From NCBI RefSeq assembly GCF_006345805.1, contig NC_042999.1, forward strand, positions 16,430,001-16,494,000: 64,000 bases of DNA, given 5' to 3'. This document shows, one piece after another, positions 12,590 through 24,847 of the stretch (position 1 is the first letter of the stretch; each line of letters begins with the position of its first letter). The DNA is from Octopus sinensis. Lineage: Eukaryota. Below the pieces are notes generated by a model. It saw only the letters and a list, made by a program, of their open reading frames with translations. It did no database searches and was not told the DNA's origin. Both the position numbers and the translations under genes were made by a program.

Positions 12590-12900
12590 CATTTTAGTGT
12601 GGTCATCAACCCATTTATCAACCCTATTATATCTCCCCTTATTTCGCTCTCGCGTCTCATGTTTGATCTTGACCTCTGGCCGAAATCAGATCGCCATGTT
12701 GATTCGTTAGCTACTGCACGCATTTTTTTTCTCTCTCCTTCTTTCTGTGTTTTTCTCTCTGTGTATCTTTCTGTTGAAGAGGTAGGCTCGAAACGTTAAA
12801 GACTTGTTTTATTTATATTTCCTGAGCGCCATACTAATACAATTGTTCGTTGTTTTCCACCTGCCTTCGTCTTTTGTATTTTCATAAAGCTTCCCTAGAT
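12590..12900 (+). mobile_element. Penelope-type terminal repeat fragment, family H1, with hammerhead variant at 12766-12802
   Basis: TCTTT-CTGTTGA-A-GAG GTAG GCTC-GAAACGT-T-AAAGA; shared 3' flank CCTGAGCGCCATACTAATACAATTG...CCTGCCTTCGTC; ends at a TA tract. Confidence 0.7.
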
Positions 12901-13018
12901 ATATATATATATATATTAATAAATATAAGGGTAGCAAAAAAATTCTAGAAAATTCTCCGCTACCAGCGGTCTAGTGAGAGAAGAGAATAGTCAAAGACTA
13001 TATAATATACATTCAACA

Positions 13019-13064
13019 ATATAAGGAATGGCCCTAATAGGCCTATTAGGGCCATTCCTTATAT
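13019..13064. repeat. Perfect 46-bp palindrome
   Basis: ATATAAGGAATGGCCCTAATAGG|CCTATTAGGGCCATTCCTTATAT, no spacer. Confidence 0.95.
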
Positions 13065-13124
13065 AGTATATATAATATATTATATATATTATATATATAC
13101 GCACATACACATACATACAGACAA

Positions 13125-13177
<53 letters not shown>

Positions 13178-13179
<2 letters not shown>

Positions 13180-13632
13180 CACGCGGGTGGGAAGGGGCTG
13201 TTGACACAATCGTTTCATTCACAAATTGAATTCGGTGATACCAGTTGCGGATTCTAGCTCGCTCTGATACTGAGTGGAGTTGGTGCCTTCTGGTATCTCA
13301 AAATTCAATATATAATCATTTATGATTATAGTATTCTACGCTGAAGAGAAAAGAAGTTTCGGTAAGATAGAATTATTTATTATTTAATATTTAATATTTA
13401 ATTCTTATGCTTTCCTTAAAACTTGATTTCGAAACGTACGTCGTGGATAACTAAAAAAATGTATGATAGATTGCAGTCAATTCATTCTCTCTTACCTGTT
13501 GTGTCTGCCTTCCAAATGCTGTTTTTACTGAGATCTCCCTTTTTAGTAGAAGAAATAGCTATAACCCTTTGACTGCTATTTCTCTAAATTCGGTATGTGG
13601 TAAGGCAACTCGTTGCTAAACCCTTATTGCTA

Positions 13633-13636
<4 letters not shown>
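13178..13636 (+). mobile_element. About 455-bp hammerhead-bearing element, copy 1
   Basis: Near-identical reverse complement of 46442-46894; bounded by microsatellites. Confidence 0.9.
13335..13447 (+). ncRNA. Type I hammerhead with about 83-nt helix II; 1-nt deletion near cleavage site
   Basis: TCTACG-CTGAAGA-GAAA...TTTC-GAAAC-GTAC-GTC-GTGGA (copy 2 has GTC-CGTGGA). Confidence 0.75.
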
Positions 13637-13688
<52 letters not shown>

Positions 13689-13694
13689 AGTCTT

Positions 13695-13918
13695 TATTGC
13701 TCACAAGTGGCTAAACATAGAGGGAACAAACAAGGACAGACAAAGGGATTAAGTCGATTACATCGACCCCAGTGCGAAACTGGTACTTTATTTATCGACA
13801 CCGAAAGGCTGAAAGGCAGAGTCGACCTCGGCGAAATTTGAACTCAGAACGTAACGACAGATGAAATACCGCTAAGCATTTCACCCGGCGCGCTAACGTG
13901 TCTGCCAGCTCGCTGCCT
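13695..13918 (-). mobile_element. tRNA-derived SINE family A
   Basis: Reverse complement of GGCAGCGAGCTGGCAGA...GTTAGC...TTCTGAGTTCAAATT..CGCCGAGGTCGAC...GTCGATAAATAAAGTACCAG...CCCCTTGTG. Confidence 0.9.
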
Positions 13919-13943
13919 TTGTACACACACACACACACACACA

Positions 13944-14009
<66 letters not shown>

Positions 14010-14727
14010 CTTACATAAATGTATATATGTGTATGTGTGTGTGTATATATATATACACACGCATACATATATACTTTTATGTAAGTATATATATACGTGT
14101 ATTTTTCTGTATGTGTGTGTGTATCACTCACACACATATCACATACATATACCTATAAATATCTGACATTACCTATATTTATCGCATTTGTCAATACATC
14201 TATTTGGACGGGACGTATCCGATTAAACACCAGCTGGTAATATAGTATTATTGCTTTAATTATTAATTAAACACAGTGTTTACTAGACTCATCAGCATAG
14301 GCGTGTGCCATGAATCAGTCAACGGGCGTACTTACTCATTTTTAGTAAAGGTTAAATTCGCCATCTCGTACCCTACTTCCATTTCCCTGTTCTAAAATGT
14401 GTTTACTTTTACTAAAAACTTCCGGTTAGTTTTGTATACGATATGGCTGATAACTTTAACCACTCCCTATAATCTCAAGATAACATAACAAACTTTAGAC
14501 GCGGAAGTCTTTACAAGTTACCGGAGCCTTTTGTAAATAACAGTTGTTTGTTTAGATTGTAAAGGAAAAAAAATTTACATTGAATAACTTCGTTTAAAAA
14601 TCTGGTGATAGATTTTACCATCTTTATCGAGATACCTTGATTACGTAATAATGGTTTCAAAAATTGGCACAAAGCAAATTTTGACACACAGCGAAGGGTG
14701 TAAGTCAATTATATAGACATCAACGCT

Positions 14728-14790
<63 letters not shown>

Positions 14791-14817
14791 TTCTTACATA
14801 TATATATATATACTTAT

Positions 14818-15030
14818 GGCGGCGAGCTGGCGGAAACGTTAGCACACCGGACGAAATGCTTAGAGGCATTTCGTCTGTCTTTACAGTTTTGTGTTCAAAT
14901 TCCACCGAGGTCGACTTTCCCCTTCATCCTTTCGGGGTCAATAAATTAAGTACTAGTTGTGTACTGGGCTCGATCTAATCGACTGGGCCCCCTCCCCCCA
15001 AATTTCGGGCCTTGTGCCTAGAGTAGAAAA
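14818..15030 (+). mobile_element. SINE family A
   Basis: GGCGGCGAGCTGGCGGAAACGTTAGCAC...GTTCAAATTCCACCGAGGTCGAC...TAGAGTAGAAAAGAAT. Confidence 0.9.
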
Positions 15031-15054
15031 GAATATATATATAATTTTTTGTCT

Positions 15055-15230
15055 TCCGTCTTCTTTTTCTCTTGGACTTATATCTGTTTCTGAAAAAGAG
15101 CTTTGTCCGAAACATAAAAACTACCTTTCTTTCCTTTCCTGAGTGTCTGCTAATTCTTTGCATGTACCACGTCCTTGCGTTGTTGTTTCTACTTGTCTTT
15201 GTTCTTCGTTTTTTTTTTTATTTACTATAT
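15055..15230 (+). mobile_element. Penelope-type terminal repeat fragment with degenerate hammerhead (15086-15121)
   Basis: GTTT-CTGAAAA-A-GAGC TTT GTCC-GAAACAT-A-AAAAC; same family as 31080-31270. Confidence 0.55.
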
Positions 15231-15238
15231 ATATCTAT

Positions 15239-15271
<33 letters not shown>

Positions 15272-15273
15272 TT

Positions 15274-15521
15274 GTATTTAGGGATGGTCATTTTGCCAGT
15301 TTAGTCAATAAAAACACATGCACTATATATTTGGTGTTACTTTGCTTCAGCGTTATTTTTTACATTAATCGTAATCTTATTTCGGCCAGAGTTCTTTCGT
15401 CACACTCCTGTGACCGCATCAGTGGTCCTTTGCTTTCTTTTTTCTTATTTGTGTGTCTCTCCTTACTAACGTATTTTGTATTTCTCTTGGCTAAACTGGC
15501 AAAATGACCATTCCTAAATAC
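15274..15521 (-). mobile_element. Element with about 35-bp inverted arms enclosing a degenerate hammerhead (15384-15428)
   Basis: GTATTTAGGGATGGTCATTTTGCCAGTTTAGTCAA vs TTGGCTAAACTGGCAAAATGACCATTCCTAAATAC; minus strand GGACCA-CTGATGC-G-GTCAC aggagt GTGAC-GAAA-GAAC-TC-TGGCC. Confidence 0.7.
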
Positions 15522-15609
15522 AACAATATCTGTTTCAACGCACGATTTCACATCAAAAATCTTGCAAAACAAATATATAAACGTAAATATATATATATAT
15601 ATATATATA

Positions 15610-15790
15610 TAATGATAATGTTTGGTAGTAAATCCAAACTTACAGGGAAAAATTAGATATAGGATTAAATCTAATTTTATAGTATAAATATATATATTAA
15701 AATAGAGATAAAACCACTATTAGGCAAATCAAACAGTGGAAATTATAAAGCAATACATAGAAATAAAATTAATTAATAAAAATATATAAA
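15610..15790 (-). mobile_element. Terminal-repeat fragment beside TA tract, related to 54590-54770
   Basis: GTAAATCCAAACTTACAGGGAAAAATTAGAT...GGATTAAATC...AGAGATAAAACCACTATT is the reverse complement of the 54.65-54.76 kb sequence. Confidence 0.65.
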
Positions 15791-15952
15791 ATATAAAATT
15801 CAAAATTTAAATTATTTAAATTAATAATTTATACTTATAAATTTATATATATATTATATATATATATATATTAATATATATAATATATTATTATTATTAT
15901 TATTATTATTATCATTATTATTATTATATATACATACATTATAATATATAAT

Positions 15953-16011
<59 letters not shown>

Positions 16012-17429
16012 CGTTTAAGGAATCGAACGTGGTATACGAATTGCAATAGTTGACTATTTACTCTGATCACTAATCAGACAACACTTGTAATATTAGCTCA
16101 ATGCTTGACAGGATTGTAAAAATTCTAAAATAAATACTATGTGACATCCAGCTATGTACTTTATATTCTGAGTTCAAATCTTGTTGTTGTTTACTCTGTC
16201 TTTCCTCTGTCGATAAAGTAAACAGACCTCAAGTATTGGGTCAGTTAGATCACATACAGACCTCCTTCAGAATTTAATTTCTTTAATGAAATTTCATATT
16301 TGTTTAATTTATTCCGTTACTGTTATAACAAGGCGGCATTGAAGGAGAGCTTTATTGTTATAAACTTTCTATATTTAGAAGAATAAATTTGTAGCCTGTT
16401 AGTTATTTTTGTCTTCTCGACAGAAGTAGAAGTAAATAATATGGCTATAGTGGAGATGACGAGAAGAGAAAGATGAGTCTCAAAATAGTTGGTAACCAAC
16501 TTTAACTTCGTTGGAAAGTAAATAAAATTCAAACGGTTTGCGTATTGGGAACGTTTACCAATGTAACATTATGAATTCATTCACCACTTTAGCATAAAGA
16601 ATGTCAACAGAAACGAAAACGTTAATATAGACACATGTGAAAATAATTGCAAGAACAACAGCAGCAGCTGTAATACTGTCTATACGAAATTCTAAAATAA
16701 CAACAGTAAAAAGAACGCTACAACATTATAAAAAAACACAAGCATTTGCAGTGTATACTTTCTAACTGTGATGCGAAAACCAACACTACAGAATAGAAAC
16801 GTCTGTGTTTGAAGACAGTTAAGAAGAGAGCCTCATTGTTACTTAGAATTCCAATTTACAGAGATTTTGTGATCTATACGAACATAATCAGTGGGTGGGT
16901 ACCAGTTTTCTTACCGTAAATCCTCGAGTATAATTCGCATTTTTTTCTCAAGTCGAACTCACTACTTAATGATTGTGGGCCCGATGATCTAACCACTAAG
17001 CAATGCGCCTTTATTGTGACTTGGTAGTTCAAATGTGCACGACCGGGGAAATTGCTGAAACCGGTAAGATCACGTTCTTATTGACTCACATTATTTCATT
17101 TATATATAAGCCTCATCCTGTCCCGTGTATTACATGTAATGTATAAGACATATTTCCTTGGTGTCTTTGCATCATATATGAGACAAACTCCCAATTTTTA
17201 CCAACCAGCAGAGTAACTTAGGACATATGGAAGGAAAACTCTATATTGCTCAGAAAGCATGAAACAACGGCTAACTAAAAGTTTGAAACCAAGCATGGGC
17301 GTTTAGGACAAACTTATAAAAATGCTTTGAACAGGCAAATGGTTAATTGCCCTTAGAAAGACTTAGGATTTCAGCAAACATGTACTTGTACTCCTACATT
17401 TAACCCCGTGAAGTTAAACGGTTCATGTT

Positions 17430-17715
17430 AAGCGGCAGTGTTGTTTTTGGAAGTCTTAGCCCTCGATCGTAGAAACGTTTCTATACCCGGATGGCAGCCC
17501 AGCCATCTTGGACAGAAACGAATGGCTATCAATGTGTGGTCTGAGATTGGGGTCTGTATACGTTTCCGTTTTTCTTTCAAATTCCGCCGAGGTCGAATTT
17601 TCCTTTCATCCTTTCGGGATCGATAAAATAAGCACCAGTTGAGCACAGGGGTCGATGTAATCGACTTACTCCCTTCTCCAAAATTGCTGGCCTTGTGCTA
17701 AAATTTGAAACCAGT
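17430..17715 (+). mobile_element. SINE family A, diverged
   Basis: TTCAAATTCCGCCGAGGTCGAATTTTCCTTTCATCCTTTCGGGATCGATAAAATAAGCACCAG. Confidence 0.75.
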
Positions 17716-17734
17716 TCTTTGTTCTTTTAGCTTT

Positions 17735-18210
17735 TACATTTTTCAGTCATTGAACTGCAGCCATTCTGGGGCACCGTCTTGAAGGGTTTAGACGAACAAA
17801 TCAACCCCAGTACTTTTATTAAATCTGGTACTTACTTTACCGAATATTCTTTTGCCGAACCACTAAGATGCGGTGACGTAAACAAACCATCACTGTTTGT
17901 CAAGTCGTTTAGGGACAGACACAAACACAATGACACACACACACATATACGGAAGAGCGTAGGCTCGAAACGTAAAAGACTTGTACTATTTCTATTCCTG
18001 AGCGCCATACTAATACAATTGTTTGTTTGTACTCCACCTGCCTTCGTCTTTTGTTTATTTCCGTAAACCTGCCTTCGTCTTTTGTTTATTTTCATAAAGC
18101 TTCCCATTATACACATATATATATATACATGCGATGGTCTTCCATCACAGTTTCTGTCTACTAGATCCACTCACACGGCTTTCTTTGGCCCGAGGCTTCC
18201 ACACACTGCA
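17735..18210 (-). mobile_element. SINE family B with H1 hammerhead fragment (17951-18110, + strand) in its internal microsatellite
   Basis: Tail 17740-17945; GGAAGAGCGTAGGCTCGAAACGTAAAAGAC at 17951-17980; head remnant 18120-18210. Confidence 0.75.
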
Positions 18211-18562
18211 GTTGAATTCCAAAGCTCTTTCCACACAACGATACCTGTGCCAATGGGGAAAAGTTAGATAGGTGAATGAGGGTCCAAATGCCAACGGCTA
18301 CCTACAGCAGAACAAAATGACCTTTGGTTATTATTCGCTTCGAAATATATGATAGGGGATTGATGTCATAAATCATAGGATTAGTAATTCATGCTTTGCG
18401 ACTGGTCTTGTTACTGTTACTTTATCCCAGATTAGCTTTGATCGAGAAGAACTATGGTGCATGGTCATGTTATGAGAAACCTGTTCCGGTTCAGTGCCAC
18501 TACGTGGTACCTTGGCCCAAAGCCTTGTGAGTGGAATTTGTAGACGGAACTTGAAGAAAGTT

Positions 18563-18610
<48 letters not shown>

Positions 18611-18614
18611 CTAA

Positions 18615-19235
18615 TGTCTGTCCTTGTTTGTTCTCTCTGTGTTTAGCCCCTTGTGGGTACTAAAGAAATAGGTATTTCGTCTGTCTTTACGTTCTGAGTT
18701 CAAATTCCGCCGAGGGGTCGACTTTACCTTTCAGTCTTTTGGGATCGATAAATCAAGTACCAGTTACGCACTGGGGTCGATGTAATCGACTTAATCCGTT
18801 TGTATGTCCTTGTTTGTCCCCTTTATGTTTAGCCCCTTGTGGGTAGTAAAGAAATAGGAGTTTCGTCTGCCGCTACGTTCTGAGTTCAAATTCTGCCGAG
18901 GTCGACTTTGCCTTTCATCCTTTCGGGGTCGATAAATTAAGTACCAGTTTCACACTGGGGTCAATATAATCGACTTAATCCGTTTTTCTGTCTTTGTTCG
19001 TCCCCTCTGTGTTTAGCCCCTTGTGGACAGTAAAGAAATAAGAAACGTTAGCACACCGGGCGAAATGCTTAGCGGTATTTCGTCTGCCGCTATGTTCTGA
19101 GTTCAAATTCCGCCTAGGTCGAATTTACCTTTCAGTCTTTCGGGGTCGATAAATTAGGTACCAGTTGCATACTGGAATCGAGCTAACTGACTGGCCCCCT
19201 CCCCCCAAATTTCAGGGCCTTGTTCCTAGCGCAGA
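18615..19235 (+). mobile_element. Head-to-tail array of SINE family A units
   Basis: Three GTTCTGAGTTCAAATTC..CCGAGGTCGA units, joined at AAAGAAATAGG junctions or by a SINE head. Confidence 0.9.
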
Positions 19236-19778
19236 AAAGATTATTATCAACGTCACTGCAACTTGTCGAAAGAGAAAAAAAAGGAGAAAGAAACGAAAAT
19301 AACAACGAAAGAGAAAACGAAAAAATATAAATAAATAAAGGCGGTGCATTAAAATGAATACCTCGCGGTATTTCATTACGGTTTCCTTCGATGAAGGTTG
19401 TCTTTGCTTCATATTCCCCTGGGAGTTAACAACACGAACACGAGTCACGTACTGAGTCAATTAAATCAACTATAATACTTCGAAAACAATATATGGCTTA
19501 ATGCCAACCTAACAAATGATCTTTGTTATTAGTGTTTCCCAAGTTATTTTATTGATGGTGTTTAAAAAGAGGTTGAACTCTCCTGGAGTTCATTTACCTA
19601 CCAGCGTGGATATACAACATTACACTAAATTGGTTTGCTGTTGATCCTCCCACAAGTCTCGGAGGTGACGAAAAGTGTTGTTAATCAACGAATGCACTTG
19701 CTGTCCAATAGTAATCTTACTGATCTTATTAGCTTTACTGCTATCTGAACTACAATTGAGATTAAATTGATTTAATTT

Positions 19779-19827
<49 letters not shown>

Positions 19828-19959
19828 GTTATATATGTTATATATATATATATACATATATATACACATACAGTAAAACATAGGTTTTCGAACAACTCTT
19901 ATCACGAATAAATAGTGCTTTATATATATCTATATCTATCTATCTATCTATCTTCGTTT

Positions 19960-20170
19960 TGGGATCACCACCACTTTATTATCTCCCCTTCTCCCCAGCT
20001 CTCCTGTGTGACATTCACCATGATAGATCGCTAGCCACTACTCATACTTTAGTTTCTCTCATTGTTTCTTTCTGTGTTCCTTTCTGTGGAAGAATGTAGG
20101 CTCGAAACGTTAAAGACGTCTACACCAACTGTCTTCGTCATTTGTTTTCTTTTGTGAATTCTCCCCTTAT
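19960..20170 (+). mobile_element. H1 family fragment with hammerhead variant (20079-20116)
   Basis: CCTTT-CTGTGGA-A-GAAT GTAG GCTC-GAAACGT-T-AAAGA. Confidence 0.65.
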
Positions 20171-20224
20171 ATATATAAAGCACAATATATTCACGATCCG
20201 AGTTGTTCGAACACCGAGGTACTG

Positions 20225-20286
<62 letters not shown>

Positions 20287-20427
20287 CCGTGTACATTAAA
20301 ACACATCAAGAGGCTTCCATCATAGGAATGCCTTGCGCTACAAAGAACAGTTAAAGTTCAAGCCACTAATTAGGGATAAATTCTCGAAGGGAATGAAAAA
20401 TAAAAACATTTGCCATCTAATTCAATT

Positions 20428-20496
20428 CTCGGACCATGGTTTCTGATTTATTTCAGTAAAACAAAAATTTACTGAGGTCGTCTTCTTCAGCGGGTA
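20428..20496 (-). ncRNA. Hammerhead motif with extended helix II, partly degenerate
   Basis: Minus: TACCCG-CTGAAGA-AGACGACC TCAGTAAA tttttgt TTTACTGA AATAAATCA-GAAAC-CATG-GTC-CGAGA; palindromic helix III ACCATGGT, weak helix I. Confidence 0.6.
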
Positions 20497-20619
20497 GCGT
20501 TAGATTAAATATACACACAACGAGATCGATTCAGCATGTACACTCATTGTTTGTACATTCTAATTTTTCAAATCCTCTGCGCAGTCGCAGTCTATTGTCG
20601 GCAACAGTAGATTTAAATT

Positions 20620-21000
20620 TTGTGAGGAGATTTGTCTCCTTTTATAGTATTAGTGGATGGGTTGGAGCGAAGAGAGAGAGAGAGGGGGAAAGAAGAGCAA
20701 TGTGGAGTGTATATGTAGGAAAAAAGGGAGAGGAATGGGGAGATAGTGGAGGTAGAAAGTGAGACAGAGTGTGTGTGTGTTTGTGTGTGAGTGTGTATGC
20801 GTGCGTTTGTGCGTGTGCCTATGTATCTGAAAGGAAGCATTTTGAACAAGAGACAAAGAGAATAGAATATATATTTTTAATTGGGTAGCTAAAGCAGATG
20901 CTTACTTTGGTTAAGCCAGCTCTCCAGGGGGTCTGAAAGAAAAAATTTTTCAAAGTGAAAAATGTGTTTTCTTAATGTGAATCGAAAAGAGAAAGAAAGA
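20620..21000 (-). repeat. Left arm of inverted repeat pair flanking the Penelope-like ORF
   Basis: Reverse complement matches 22990-23320 with divergence (CTTTCAGA.CCCCTGG...AACCAAAGTAA.CATCTG...TTCCTTTCAGATACA). Confidence 0.8.
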
Positions 21001-21312
21001 AAGAAAGAAGAAAAATGTGTCCATATCTATATAGCTGATCCGTTCTTTCAACAGAAGATGACAAGCTGATACTTGATCTGCAAAAATGGCAAGACCCGTT
21101 TTGATGAGGAATAAGGAAAGTTGTTTTTCAAAATATTGTCTTGACTTATCATCATCATCATCATTGTCTAATGCTTGATTCCCATGCTGGTATGGGTTGG
21201 AAAATCTGGATGCAAGAATCTTCTCTTTATGTGTATACATACACACACACACATGCATATACCTTAGGGTTCCAGATGGGTTTATAAGGAAGTTGATGTG
21301 ATTTTCATAGTT

Positions 21313-22830
21313 TTAGCCATTCAGTTTGGGGGAGAAATCTGCTATGGAGTGTTGTTCCATATTTTTTCTGAAGAAGGTGTCATTCCTTGGGCATTTATAG
21401 AATGGAAAGACCTTGAATTTTCCTTCTCCACATGTTTCTAAGTGTTTACTTAGTGGAATTTTTTGTAGCTCTCCCTGTCGGATATGTTGTCGGTGAATTC
21501 TGGCTCGCTGGCATAAAGAATTGCCAGTTTCACCTATATAGTTCTCCTTGCATGTGGTACAGGTTATGCAATATATTAGGTTTTGCGTCTTGCAATTCGT
21601 GTTTGCATTTGCTTTGAATGTGTGTCCACTCTAAAAATGTTGTTTAGTTGTTTTTCTCTATATATTTGTAGATGGGGTTACTCCAGATCCCACATCGACT
21701 ATCTCCACATCCTTTCACAAAGAATTCGGTTTCGTTCTCTGACGAGAATTTCGTTCTTGACAGTTGTTTTTCAGGTTTTTTTCCCTTGGCGTTTACTGTC
21801 TCTTATGCAGTAATTGTTTAATAGGTTTCCCAATTTGGGGCTTTGTAGGACTATTGGTAAGTTTGAGTGTATAATTTGAAACTTGTTGGTAACTCCAGAG
21901 TTGTGTGTGTTTATGAAAGAGATGATGCTTTCTTAGCTTTTCGTTTTTGGAGTTCTGAGTTGTGTGATGTCCAGTTTCATTGCTCTTGAGATTCCGTTTT
22001 TTTATGAATTTGAGTGGGTATTTCTGTTCTTGTAGGAAGTTTTAAGTTCATTTAGTCTCATTTGGCGTGTTTGTGAGTCAATCATTATGCTGCATATGCG
22101 TCTTGCCATACTATATAGGATGTTTCTTTTTATGTGGGATGGGTGGCAGTATAAATTTAAATATTGGTGTGTATAGTTTTTTTGTAGTAGATATCTGTTG
22201 TGATGATGGAGTTGTGTATCTTGATGTTGATGTAGGAAGGGAAGTTCGTTATAGCTGGTTTCTGTCGTGAAGTTGATAGATGGGTGCAGTGTGTTGAGGA
22301 TGTTGTGGAATGTTTGTAGATCTTCCAAAAGATGGAACAGTCGTCGAGGTAGCGTTTCCACTTTTCTTGATATCTTCTCTGAAGCCTTGTTCGGAGATTT
22401 TCCCTATTTCTTGTGTAGTTTGTTCTCAAGGAAACTCATAACCAGGTTGGCATATGAAGGTGCAAATTTCGTACCCATAGCCGTGCTCTTTATTTGTCGG
22501 TATGTCTTGTTGTTAAAATGAATGCGTATTAATTGGGTGGCTTTGGTGATAAAGTCTGTTTTGAAGCGTTTAACTATGAATTCCCTGTAGTTTTCTACCC
22601 AGTATTTTATCGCCTCCAGACCCAGCGTGTGTGGTATGTTCGTGTATAAGTTTGTGACATCGAAGCTTGCAGGAATGGTGTTTTCCGGAACCATATTTGG
22701 AATGTGAGTGAGCAAGTCTATGTCATCCCTTATGTAGCTTGGTATCAGTGGGCATAAAGGTTTTAGGAGTGCATCTATGAATTGGCTTATTTATGTTGGT
22801 ACTTGGGGTCCTGCAACTATTGGTCTCATC
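21313..22830 (-). pseudogene. Penelope-like (Neptune-type) RT + GIY-YIG endonuclease ORF, frame-shifted
   Basis: SFDVTNLYTNIP, AMGTKFAPSYANL, WKRYLDDC, HPSHIKRNI, linker CGDSRCG, then NLIYCITCTTCKENYIGETGNSLCQRARIH...PKLNG* ending at 21313. Confidence 0.92.
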
Positions 22831-22989
22831 GTGAGTTCTGTGGGCCTTTGTATTCTTATATAAGATGATCAATTTGTCATTTTTTAGTTTTTGTAAAGCT
22901 TTTCTATTGAAAGAACTGACCAACTGTATAGATATAAACACATTTTTCTTCTTCATTTCTTCCTTCATTTATTTCATCTTTTCCATTGA

Positions 22990-23420
22990 CAGTAAGAAAA
23001 AACACATTTTTTCGCATTGAAAACATTTTTCTTTCAGAGCCCCTGGTGACCTGGCTGAACCAAAGTAAACATCTGTTCTAGTCACCTACTTAAAAACATA
23101 TATTCTTCTCCTTTTCACTTTGTCTCAAAACGCTTCCTTTCAGATACACAGGCACACACAACACTCTCTCTCACTTTCTACCTCCACTATGTCCCCATTC
23201 CTCTCCCTCTTTTCCTACCTTATACACTCTACATTACTCTTCTTTCCCCCCCTCTGTCTCCACCCCAATCCATTCACTAATACTATAAAAAGAGACAAAT
23301 CCCTTCAAAAAATGTAAACCCGAAGAATCTATTAGAGTAGATGAAAGCGCTTGTATGTGATTTGTAAAAACATGTGACGTGTTAATAAATATTTGTTTAT
23401 GTACAACCATCCAGATCTCT
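22990..23420 (+). repeat. Right (inverted) arm with degenerate hammerhead at 23316-23356
   Basis: AAAC-CCGAAGA-ATCTA ttagag TAGAT-GAAA-GCGC-TT-GTAT; core U4C, palindromic AGCGCT helix III. Confidence 0.7.
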
Positions 23421-23492
23421 GAATACCTTATAATATATATATATATATATATACACATACATACATACATATATATATATATATACATATAT

Positions 23493-23555
<63 letters not shown>

Positions 23556-23770
23556 ATTATTAATAGTAGGGAATATAGAATTCCAAGTAACATGGGAAAA
23601 CAAACTCAGATTTCAAGATATATTAAATATATATGGAATTAAGAGATAGAACCTCAATAAAGTAATTAAATTAATACTGATAGATATTATATAAATTCAA
23701 ATATATTATCATTAACATTGACTAAAAATTTCTATACTAAATAATATACATTAAAAATACACATTAAAAC

Positions 23771-23875
23771 AACGATGCGCGTTTCGTGACTATGCATACG
23801 AATCTACAATATCAAAATCGACTATCAAAAATTAATATTTCTTTGATCCAACGATACATAGCCACTCTTCAGGTC
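23771..23875 (-). ncRNA. Type I hammerhead with 12-bp helix II base and long insertion
   Basis: Minus: GAC-CTGAAGA-GTGGCTATGTAT...(about 54 nt)...ATGCATAGTCAC-GAAAC-GCGC-ATC-GTT. Confidence 0.7.
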
Positions 23876-24149
23876 TCATTATCATAAACTAAATTTACAA
23901 CATAAATGAAGACGTTTTAATTATACTATACTTTATAAATAATTGATAAGATTTAACAATATTAAAGACTTCTTTTTGATGAGCACCAGTCAACTCCGCA
24001 AATTAATGTACACATGATAACCCCACAGACATGTACACACGCCCATACGCACAAACACACACACATAAAGGCCCACATAATTTCAAGCTCACCCACACAT
24101 GCATATTCACCTACGACCCCTTTACGCATACACACTTACACACACCTTG

Positions 24150-24420
24150 TTCATATACACACAGGCGATTGCACACCTTTATTTGTCCAGGTCACCGTTA
24201 TTTTCTCCCTTTCACTCAACCTCTTTCTTCCGGCCATTTCATCATTTCATCATCCCTACACATTTGATTTTTCTCTCCGTTTTCTTTCCTCTCACACATT
24301 TCTGTCAAAGAGCATAGGCTCGAAATGTCAAAAACTTTTCCATTTTTCTCAAGTTTTAATCTAATACTCATGCTTGCTCCTTTACCTGTTTTCGTCTTTC
24401 GTTTTCTGGACTACACACAC
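24150..24420 (+). mobile_element. H1 family fragment with degenerate hammerhead (24298-24334)
   Basis: CTGTCAA-A-GAGC ATAG GCTC-GAAATGTC-AAAA. Confidence 0.55.
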
Positions 24421-24438
24421 TCACACATATATATATGT

Positions 24439-24511
<73 letters not shown>

Positions 24512-24800
24512 TATACATATTCAAATATGAAATAAAAGCAGCGCCAGTATAATAAACATTATCAAGCACATATGCCTGCCGCGTACACACCGTGTATTTG
24601 CCAATAGGTTGCAAAGTGACGCGGTGGAAAATACTCTCTGAAGTGTCGAGTATTAGAACATCTGACATCCATGGATAGGAGTGATGCACATGGATGTTTC
24701 GCCATATTTATAGTGAAAGAGAAAGAGAGAGAGAGAGACAGAGAGAGCGAGAGAGAGGCAAACAAATAGACGAGGAAGAAATAGAGAAAAAGAAAGAAAG

Positions 24801-24847
<47 letters not shown>

